Positions 39,177 through 46,149 of a DNA stretch of 46,149 nucleotides are shown here, piece by piece. Each line of letters starts with the position of its first letter. Position 1 is the first letter of the stretch. Source of the stretch: Myxococcota bacterium. Its GTDB lineage: Bacteria > Myxococcota_A > Polyangia > Polyangiales > Sandaracinaceae. The stretch lies in assembly GCA_036149055.1 (NCBI GenBank), contig JAYZQJ010000044.1, forward strand, positions 1 through 46,149, read 5' to 3'. The notes beneath the pieces are model-generated. The model was not told where the DNA came from and did no database searches. It was given only the letters and a program-made list of their open reading frames with translations. Made by a program: the position numbers and the translations under genes.

Positions 39177-39806
39177 TCACTGCATGGCGACCCAGAGGAT
39201 CACACCGCCGCCGAGGCCCAAGATCAGGCTGAGCACGCCGACGCCGACCATGATCAGGACGGCGCGGCCCATCGGCTGGGCGCTCGGCTCCTCGGGCGGC
39301 GAGATCGCCGGCAGCCGGGGAGGGGGCGCGGGGCGGAAGCCGCTCACGCCGTCGGGCGGGGGCGCGTCCATCGGCGGCGCGGGGAGCGCCTCGACCTGGG
39401 TGGAGGGCTCGACCTCGCCGATGGCCGCGAAGCTCATCGCGGTGGGCAGATCCTCCGGCTCGGCCAGCGGATCGACGTAGTTCATCACCGTCTCCGCCTC
39501 CTCCTCGCCTTCGACCTCGTCGGCGATGAGCGGGAGGTTCTTGGCCGGCCGGGTCACCGGGCCGGTGAGGGGCTTGGTCAGGCGGCCGGTGACCGCGCGG
39601 ATGCCGGTGTCGGAGGGAGGCCCGAAGGGAGACGGGGCGGTCGGCGGATCGTCCTGAGGCTCCACCTCGGTGGTCTCGTCCTCGAAGGTGCTCTCGTCGA
39701 ACGGCGAGAGCGAGGCCGGGAGGCTCACGGGCTCCGCCCGGGTGGGCGCCGCGTCCTCCTCGTCCTCGGCCTCGTCGGGGATGAATCCGTCGATGGAGTC
39801 GCTCAT
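39177..39806 (-). CDS. Hypothetical acidic, Pro/Thr-rich disordered protein with a C-terminal TM anchor
   Basis: TGATG coupling with the serpin stop; low-complexity body; hydrophobic C-terminus. Confidence 0.7.
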   Translation of the reverse strand: MSDSIDGFIPDEAEDEEDAAPTRAEPVSLPASLSPFDESTFEDETTEVEPQDDPPTAPSPFGPPSDTGIRAVTGRLTKPLTGPVTRPAKNLPLIADEVEGEEEAETVMNYVDPLAEPEDLPTAMSFAAIGEVEPSTQVEALPAPPMDAPPPDGVSGFRPAPPPRLPAISPPEEPSAQPMGRAVLIMVGVGVLSLILGLGGGVILWVAMQ

Positions 39807-41119
39807 CACGTTCGCGGGTCGTTCACTCGACCCATGAACAGGATGCTCCCGGTTTGCGTGTCGCGGATCAAGAACAGGAAGGGGTGGTCGGCGGTGAAGC
39901 GCGGCGGCTCGGGCGGCGCCGCGGCCGCGCCACGGACCCGCATCACCACCGCGGTCGCGGCCGCCGCCTCGGTGCCGGACTCGTTCACGTCGATGAACGC
40001 GCGGTGGTACGCGTCGTCGATGTAGAGCTGGTCGTCGGCGCTCGCCGGGTTGCTCATCGCGGAGAAGTCCGCCGCCGGCGTGAACGGCAGCGGCATGCCC
40101 ATCTCGATCAGGGTCGGCTTCATCGCGATCGGCGCGTCCATCTCGATGCGGAAGCGCGGCAGGGTCACCTGCACCTGCTGCTCGGGCAGGCCGGTCGTCC
40201 ACGCCTCGAGCTGCGCGGCGGTCAGGCCCTCCTCGACCGCGCCGAGCCCGTCGCGCGCCTCGGGCAGCACCACGACCATCGCCAGGTCGCCGCCCGCGTA
40301 GGGCATCTCGAGGAGCGCGACGCCGTCCCGCTCGGCGTAGCCGAGGGTGTGGGTCATGTGCATCATCGGCACCGCGACCCCGTCCCCGCCGTCCACGTGG
40401 AAGGGCTCGTCGCGGGTCTGATCCTCGTCGAACTGGGTCGCCCAGTTGCCGAGGAAGTAGACGGCGTTCGTCAGCACCAGCCGGCTGAGCTCGTCGATGG
40501 AGCCCTCCGGCAGCAGCTCGTCGATCCGGTCGTTCGTCTGCCCCGCCACCCACTCGTTGATGTGGACCCGCGCCGCGTCGGGCGGGGTGAAGGAGAGGAG
40601 CTCGACCGGGGCCTGGTAGCGATCGCGGGTGAGGGTCACGAAGTCGGGCTGCAGATCCATGCCCGCCTTGGCGAAGAGCCGGTTGGCGACCCGCAGCTCG
40701 TAGGTGTCGCGGTCCTGATCGTTCCAGCGCGCCAGCTGCGCCTGGGCCGCGGCGTGCAGCGCGTCGGCGTCGCCGCCGAAGTGGAAGACGCGCGACATCT
40801 GCTCGGCGGTCTCGCCGCGCGCGCCGGCCCAGGTCATCGCGAAGGCGATGTCGATGCTGCCCGGGCTCATCACCAGGTTGCCCTCGCGCTCGCGGAGGCG
40901 CTGGTAGAAGTCCACGCCGAACTGGCGGGTCGAGGCGGCGAAGGCGGCGCTGGCGGCGTCGGTCACGGCGGGCTCCTGGGGCGGCGCCTCGGGCTCCGGC
41001 GCCGCGGTCGGCTCCTCCGCGGGCGCGGCGGGAGGCTCGGTGGACTCCGCGCTCTGCGAGCCGCAGGCGCCGAGGAGGAGGGCGAGAGCGAGGGTGGTGG
41101 GGCGCAAGGGTCTCTCCAT
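39806..41119 (-). CDS. Serpin family lipoprotein
   Basis: Lipobox LGAC; N...SP.SI, GARGET, IN.WV..QT...I, NAVYF.G.W, ESGTEAAAAT and F.ADHPFLF.I motifs. Confidence 0.95.
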   Translation of the reverse strand: MERPLRPTTLALALLLGACGSQSAESTEPPAAPAEEPTAAPEPEAPPQEPAVTDAASAAFAASTRQFGVDFYQRLREREGNLVMSPGSIDIAFAMTWAGARGETAEQMSRVFHFGGDADALHAAAQAQLARWNDQDRDTYELRVANRLFAKAGMDLQPDFVTLTRDRYQAPVELLSFTPPDAARVHINEWVAGQTNDRIDELLPEGSIDELSRLVLTNAVYFLGNWATQFDEDQTRDEPFHVDGGDGVAVPMMHMTHTLGYAERDGVALLEMPYAGGDLAMVVVLPEARDGLGAVEEGLTAAQLEAWTTGLPEQQVQVTLPRFRIEMDAPIAMKPTLIEMGMPLPFTPAADFSAMSNPASADDQLYIDDAYHRAFIDVNESGTEAAAATAVVMRVRGAAAAPPEPPRFTADHPFLFLIRDTQTGSILFMGRVNDPRT

Positions 41120-41230
41120 GGTCGCGAGACTACGGGGGCGGGCCGCCCGTGGGAACCCACCGTGCAGAGCCGCGTGTAGCGGTCTGCACGGTCGGGCGGG
41201 AGGGGCCGCGAATCCGGGGCCCGGCGGCCC

Positions 41231-41246
41231 TGGCATCATCGCTGCT
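41231..41246 (+). promoter_or_regulatory. Candidate sigma54 promoter
   Basis: TGGCATCATCGCTGCT (GG-N10-GC); predicted +1 is ~41257, just before ATG 41261. Confidence 0.5.
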
Positions 41247-41260
41247 GTCTCCGGTGCGAC

Positions 41261-42127
41261 ATGCGCACGGCGACCTTCCTTGGAGCGCTCCTGTCGCTCG
41301 CCCTCCCGGAGCCCGCGGCCGCCCAGGACGGCGGCCTCCGGGGCGTGATCCACGAGCGGCTGGTGTTGCTGCTCAACCCGATGGGGGCCGAGCACGAGCT
41401 CCGGGCTGGCGTGCGGGCGCGCCTCGGCGATCCGGACGCGCTCCTCTTCACCGGCGCCCACGCCGAGGCGGGCGGCGTCTCGCAGGTCTCGCCGGTCTAC
41501 GCCATTCACGGCGGCTACCTGCAGGTCTCTCCGCTCGCCTTCCTGGTGCTGCGGGCCGAGATGACCGGGACGCTGATGTGGCCCATCGGCATGGACGGCG
41601 CGGGCTACTACCCGCTCGGCGGCTACGGCGCCGACGTGCGCTCCGAGCAGCTGCCCGGGCACGCGGGGGAGGGGGCGGGCGGCTGGAACCTCACGCTCGC
41701 GGCCACGCTCAAGGGCCTCGTCCCGCTGGGCCCCGCGCGGCTCCTGATCTGGAACCAGACCCAGCTCAGCCACGTCACCCTCGGCGAGGCCTCGCACTTC
41801 TACAGCCTGAAGCACGACCTGATCCTGGCGGGGCGCGACTGGGTGCTCGAAAACGACGCCCTGCTCCTGGCCGAGGTCTCGCTCTCCGAGAGCGTCGCGC
41901 TCCGCTTCGGCGCCTACGACAACCTCCGCCACGTGCCGGCGTCGGGCTACGTGGGCCACCAGGTCGGCCCGATCGTGATGCTCGCCTTCGAGCGACCGGC
42001 CGACGCGGTCACGAGCCTCGGCCTCTTCGTCCGCGGCGGCTGGTACACGCACCACGTCGTGCGCCGGGACGAGGTGACCACCCTCGGCGGCGTGCAGGTG
42101 ACCTACGACCTCGGGAGGCTCCGATGA
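41261..42127 (+). CDS. Hypothetical secreted protein, probable outer-membrane beta-barrel
   Basis: Signal peptide ending AAA-Q; alternating beta-strand pattern; C-terminal VQVTYDL. Confidence 0.65.
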   Translation: MRTATFLGALLSLALPEPAAAQDGGLRGVIHERLVLLLNPMGAEHELRAGVRARLGDPDALLFTGAHAEAGGVSQVSPVYAIHGGYLQVSPLAFLVLRAEMTGTLMWPIGMDGAGYYPLGGYGADVRSEQLPGHAGEGAGGWNLTLAATLKGLVPLGPARLLIWNQTQLSHVTLGEASHFYSLKHDLILAGRDWVLENDALLLAEVSLSESVALRFGAYDNLRHVPASGYVGHQVGPIVMLAFERPADAVTSLGLFVRGGWYTHHVVRRDEVTTLGGVQVTYDLGRLR

Positions 42128-43518
42128 CCGTGCCCCGCTCGGCCCGGCTCGCCTTCGGCGCCTCGGGGCTCGCTCAGAACGTCGTCGGCACCTGCCTCGG
42201 AGTCCACCTCTTCGTGTTCTACACCGACGTGGTCGGCCTCTCGCCGCTCTGGGTCAGCGGCGGGCTCTTCGTGGCGACGCTCTGGGACGCGGTGAGCGAC
42301 GTCTGGATGGGACGGATCTCCGATCGCACGCGCTGGCGCGCCGGTCGGCGCCGGCCGTTCATCCTCCTGGGCGCGCTCCCCGTGGCCGTCGGGGTCACCC
42401 TCCTGCTCGCGCCGCCGCGGGGGCTCGAGGGGGACCTGCTCGGGCTGTGGTTCGTGGGCGCGCTGCTCTTCCTCTTCACCGCCAAGACGGTCACGCAGGT
42501 GCCGGCGCTCGGGCTCCTGCCCGAGATGGCGCGCGGCGCCCGGGAGCGCGTCCACCTCGCCGCCGCCCGCGAGCAGCTGGGCAACGTTGGCGACCTGATC
42601 GGCCTCCTCCTGCCGCCCGCCCTGATGGTCGCGGCCGGCTTCGACGGAGAGCGCGAGCTGGCCCGCGACGCGTTCGCCCACGCCGGCGTGATCATCGGCG
42701 CCCTCGCGCTCGTGGCGCTGCTGCTGACCCACCGCGGCACCTACGAGGACCCGGCGGCGATCCCGGCCTCGAGCTCGCTCGGGGAGGCCCTGGTCGCGCT
42801 CCGCCGCAACGCGCCGTTCCGGGTGCTGCTCGGGGCGAGCTGCCTCGCGGCGCTCGGGCTCGCGTTCGTGCAGGCGATGTTCCTGTACGTGCTGCGGCAC
42901 GTGATGCACGAGACCGATCCCGCGATCCACATGGCGGCCTTCGCGGTGAACGCGCTCGCGGCGATCTGCAGCTACCCGGCCTGGACCCGGCTCGCGGCGC
43001 GGCGCGGGAAGCCCACCGCGTTCCGGCTCGGCCTCGGTCTCAGCGCGGTCGCCTTCGTGAGCGTCTTCTTCGTCGGCCCGGGTCAGCGCTGGGCGCTCTT
43101 CGGCGTGATGGTGTTCAGCGGCGCGGCGAACGTGGGCTTCTGGACCCTGATGCACGCCCTGAGCGCCGACGTGGTCGACCTCGACGAGCTGGCCCACGGC
43201 GAGCGTCGCGAGGGGCTCTTCGCCGGCTTCTCGGCGCTCCTGCGCAAGTGCGCCTTCGCGGCCGCCGCCGGTGGGGTGGGGCTCGGCCTCGCGCTGATCG
43301 GCTACGAGGAGCGGGTCGCCCCCGGCCCGGAGACGGTCCTCGGCCTGAAGCTGCTCTTCGCCGGGCCGCCGACCGCCCTCGTGCTCGCCGCGTGGCTCGT
43401 CTTCCGCCGCTATCCGCTGACCCGGGAGGCGTGCTCCGAGCTCCGGCGGCGGCTCCGACGGGCGAGGAGATCCGGGCCGATGCGGCACACCGTGGCACGG
43501 GAGCGGCTCGCGAGTTGA
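42124..43518 (+). CDS. MFS transporter, glycoside-pentoside-hexuronide (MelB-like) family
   Basis: FYTDVVGL, DAVSD..G..SD.T....GRRRPF and DVVD.DE...G.RREG.F motifs. Confidence 0.9.
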   Translation: MTVPRSARLAFGASGLAQNVVGTCLGVHLFVFYTDVVGLSPLWVSGGLFVATLWDAVSDVWMGRISDRTRWRAGRRRPFILLGALPVAVGVTLLLAPPRGLEGDLLGLWFVGALLFLFTAKTVTQVPALGLLPEMARGARERVHLAAAREQLGNVGDLIGLLLPPALMVAAGFDGERELARDAFAHAGVIIGALALVALLLTHRGTYEDPAAIPASSSLGEALVALRRNAPFRVLLGASCLAALGLAFVQAMFLYVLRHVMHETDPAIHMAAFAVNALAAICSYPAWTRLAARRGKPTAFRLGLGLSAVAFVSVFFVGPGQRWALFGVMVFSGAANVGFWTLMHALSADVVDLDELAHGERREGLFAGFSALLRKCAFAAAAGGVGLGLALIGYEERVAPGPETVLGLKLLFAGPPTALVLAAWLVFRRYPLTREACSELRRRLRRARRSGPMRHTVARERLAS

Positions 43519-43620
43519 CGGAAACGCGCCTGGCCGGCCACGACGGTGCAGCGCACGGGTCTTGCTAGCCCACCCTTGCTACAGTCACCCGCGCTGCACC
43601 AGCGAAGAGCCAGGAGCGAC

Positions 43621-44892
43621 ATGAACGCGACGCGACACCTCGGGATCCTCATGACCGCGCTGCTGGCGGTGGCCTGCGGGTCCAAGAGCCCGCTGCTGGT
43701 CCCCGAGCCGGTGGAGGACGCCGGCGTGGTCACCGACGCCGGCATCGACAGCGGCGTCGACTCCGGGACCGACGCGGGCCCGATGCCGGACGAGTGCATC
43801 GAGCTGCCGTTCATGGATCCGCCCTCCGAGCTGCGGGTGTCCTTCGTCGCCCAGATCCAGAGCGCCGAGATCTTCTTCCTGGTCGACGTGACCGGGAGCA
43901 TGAGCGACGAGATCATGCAGATCCGCGAGAACCTCCGGACGGTGATCGTGCCGGGCCTCGCGGACTCCATCCCCGACATCCGGATCGGCGTCGGCCACTT
44001 CGCCGACTTCCCCGAGCCCGGGCTCGGCTACGGCGCGGACGGCGACGAGGTCTTCCGCCTCCTGCAGGCCCAGACCAACGACCTCGAGCGCGTACAGATC
44101 GCCGTCGACGACCTCCCGCTGCAGAGTGGCAGCGACACCCCCGAGTCGATGGTCGAGGCGCTCTATCAGGTCGCGACCGGGGACGGCATCGGCGAGTACG
44201 TGCGGGCCCGCTCCTGCGCGGCCGGCCTCGTCGGCTACCCGTGCTTCCGCGAGGGAGAGCCGCCGATCATCCTCGCCTTCACCGACGCGCCGAGCCACAA
44301 CGGCCCCGGCGGCGACGAGCCCTACAGCGGCATCTTCCCGCGGCCCCACACCTACGACGAGACCGTCGCGGCGCTGCGCGGCATCGGCGCCAAGGTGCTC
44401 GGCCTGAACTCCGGCGACTTCGGGGAGACCGGCCGCGCCCACCTCACCGCGCTCGCCCGCGACACCGGCGCCGTCCGCCCCGACGGCACGCCGCTCGTCT
44501 TCGACATCGGCGGCGACGGCCGCGAGCTCGGCGCGTCGGTCATCGAGGCGGTGCGCATCCTCGTCGAGGAGGTGCCGATCGACGTCGACGTGGTGCTCGA
44601 GGACTTCCCGGGTGACGAGGTCGACGCGACCTCCTTCGTGCAGGAGATCATCGCGTTCGAGGCGCGCCCCGCCGACGGCGCCATCCCGCGCGGCGATCGC
44701 TTCGACGAGGTCCGCCCCGGCACCCGCGTCGAGTTCCGCATCCTGCTCGCCAACGACCGCATCCCGCAGACGGACGTCGCCCAGAGCTTCTTCCTCAACG
44801 TCGCCCTCCGGGGCGACGGCGTGAACACCCTCCGCGAGACGGTCGTGCAGATCGCCATCCCGCCCCGCGGCGGCGGCGTCGTCTGCCCGTAG
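43621..44892 (+). CDS. von Willebrand factor type A domain lipoprotein
   Basis: Lipobox VAC; DAG linker; MIDAS-like DVTGSM; D.PES; FTDAP; AGGAG RBS. Confidence 0.85.
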   Translation: MNATRHLGILMTALLAVACGSKSPLLVPEPVEDAGVVTDAGIDSGVDSGTDAGPMPDECIELPFMDPPSELRVSFVAQIQSAEIFFLVDVTGSMSDEIMQIRENLRTVIVPGLADSIPDIRIGVGHFADFPEPGLGYGADGDEVFRLLQAQTNDLERVQIAVDDLPLQSGSDTPESMVEALYQVATGDGIGEYVRARSCAAGLVGYPCFREGEPPIILAFTDAPSHNGPGGDEPYSGIFPRPHTYDETVAALRGIGAKVLGLNSGDFGETGRAHLTALARDTGAVRPDGTPLVFDIGGDGRELGASVIEAVRILVEEVPIDVDVVLEDFPGDEVDATSFVQEIIAFEARPADGAIPRGDRFDEVRPGTRVEFRILLANDRIPQTDVAQSFFLNVALRGDGVNTLRETVVQIAIPPRGGGVVCP

Positions 44893-44903
44893 GGAGTGTA
44901 TTC

Positions 44904-44932
44904 AAGGGGACGGGCCGAAGGCCCAGTCCCTT
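44904..44932 (+). terminator. Hairpin after the VWA gene
   Basis: AAGGGGAC-GGGCC-GAA-GGCCC-A-GTCCCTT, an imperfect stem. Confidence 0.5.
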
Positions 44933-45244
44933 CGTGCACGTGCACGTCCTCGTGCACGTGCAACGTACCCGTGAACGTCCTCGTTCTCGGGAGCGCGGAT
45001 CAGGCGTGAGGTCCACTAATCTCGAACGAGGTGTGGTCGAAGCTCTTCGATAGGGCGTTTGCTTCGACTTCGCGACGACCAGTGGGCGCGTATCGAATCG
45101 TTGCTACCTCCCGAGCGCCAGACGGTGGCCGGCCAGCCAAGCCCCACCGACGAGGGCTTCCTCATCGACGATGCTCTTGATCGTGCGACGAGGACGTCAA
45201 CCGATACGTGCACGTGCACGAGGACGTGTACGAGGACGTGTACG
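44933..45244. repeat. Inverted arms of GTGCAC/GTCCTC-type hexamers around a ~200-bp lower-GC spacer
   Basis: 44933-44984 is an imperfect reverse complement of 45188-45238. A hairpin GCCCGGC-TTC-GCCGGGC follows at 45247-45263. Confidence 0.85.
45059..45153 (+). pseudogene. IS5-family transposase N-terminal remnant (frameshifted)
   Basis: LRDDQWARIESLLPPER followed in the -1 frame by GGRPAKPHRR. This resembles the LTDxQWxRIEPLLP...GRP start of IS5/IS427-group transposases. Confidence 0.6.
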
Positions 45245-45286
45245 CGGCCCGGCTTCGCCGGGCTTTGAGAACACTGCCTAGCGCGC

Positions 45287-45760
45287 TCAGCCGCCCTTCA
45301 GCTGGGCGCGCAGCTTCGACACCGCGGCCTCGAGGCCTGCGGGGTCGAGGCCGGGCATTCGGTCTCTCAGCCATGCGGCGCCTTCGCCCACCGTCGAGAG
45401 GATCTGGTGAGGCACCGGATCGCGCGAGAACATCATGATGCCGGTCATCACCGCACGAACCGCGGCCGACCTGAAGCCCTCGCCTTCGCGCACGAGCGCG
45501 ACGCCCACTCCCTTCCCCAGCTCGCTGGGCAGCTGGGAGAGGTGTTGTCGCGCCTCGGCCGAGGGCAGCGAGGCGTGCTCGGCCACGACGACCAGGGATC
45601 CCGTCGCCGCGTGACCGCGGCCGGCGAGGCTCTTCGCTGCGGCTAGCGCGCCTACTGCACCCTCGTCGGGCGTCCCGTCCTCCCACAGCTGGATGAGCAC
45701 GGGGCCGTGGAGCCCGAGGGCGTACCCGGCTCCCATGTCGATCACTTCCAAGTCGGGCAT
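45287..45760 (-). CDS. Hypothetical protein (myxobacterial STAS/SEC14-like family, inferred)
   Basis: P.AEAR, EGEGFRSAAVRA and A.AWL motifs; GAGG RBS. Confidence 0.65.
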   Translation of the reverse strand: MPDLEVIDMGAGYALGLHGPVLIQLWEDGTPDEGAVGALAAAKSLAGRGHAATGSLVVVAEHASLPSAEARQHLSQLPSELGKGVGVALVREGEGFRSAAVRAVMTGIMMFSRDPVPHQILSTVGEGAAWLRDRMPGLDPAGLEAAVSKLRAQLKGG

Positions 45761-45856
45761 CTGCGCCTCACGATTCCTGCACCACGACCCCCGAGGCTCT
45801 CGGACTTTTCACGTCAAATCAAGTCTCGATCGAAGCCGGACGGGATCCTGCCCGAT

Positions 45857-46149
45857 GAGCTCGAGAGGTGGCGAACAACGGCGGCCACCGGCGCACCCTC
45901 CACGTCGACCGGCCCGAGACGACGGCAGGCGACGAGCGAAGCGAGGTCGCCGCACGCGCCACTCGAGTCGTTCGATCCCGCGGCAGCGGGCGGCCAGCGA
46001 GCGCGCAGCGAGAGCGCGAGCCGCAGGGCCCCCAGCGCCCCGTCGCTGGGGTCGCGGCGCGAGCGCGAAGCGCGAGGCGCCGACGGAGTCGGGAGGGGGG
46101 CCCCATTGGCGCTTTGCCCAATGGGGGGAGGGTTTGCCCCAAACCCTCC
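45857..46149. repeat. Inverted copy of the 1-375 structured repeat plus two terminal hairpins
   Basis: 45913-46075 is the reverse complement of ~154-316 with few mismatches. Hairpins CCCCATTGG/CCAATGGGG and GGAGGGTTTG-CCC-CAAACCCTCC lie at the end. Confidence 0.9.

Noticed and set aside
43551..43566. sigma54-like site CGCACGGGTCTTGCT upstream of the VWA gene
   Set aside because: The -12 TTGC is good but the invariant -24 GG reads CG.

Overview
This is a very GC-rich (roughly 75% by eye) bacterial chromosomal segment with a Myxococcota-like gene set (my inference: Polyangiales/Sandaracinaceae-like). It has four Hanks-type Ser/Thr kinase-like genes, PEGA/TPR and Cys-rich lipoproteins, a serpin and a VWA lipoprotein. 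Core genes include mreC-mreD-mrdA-rodA (no mreB in the window), a nitrilase, NUDIX, DTW, CPBP, an M50 protease, a GT4 plus two AlkP-superfamily genes, RegB/RegA and a GPH-type MFS transporter. Five things stand out. (1) An orphan T6SS spike module (vgrG, PAAR, unknown gene) sits between a kinase and a pseudokinase, and its PAAR domain is split by a ~245-aa Gly/Ala beta-rich insert. (2) RegBA has two RegA-box-like palindromes in front of the two uncharacterised envelope genes just upstream. (3) Two intergenic cassettes share one layout: hexamer-repeat inverted arms around a ~200-bp cargo (a 16-bp tandem array in one, a frameshifted IS5-like remnant in the other). (4) A structured repeat occurs at both window ends in inverted orientation. 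(5) Many start codons have a -10-like hexamer 6-9 nt upstream, suggesting leaderless mRNAs. All calls come from motif recognition by eye; no searches were run. Several starts were moved downstream of the ORF-track starts.
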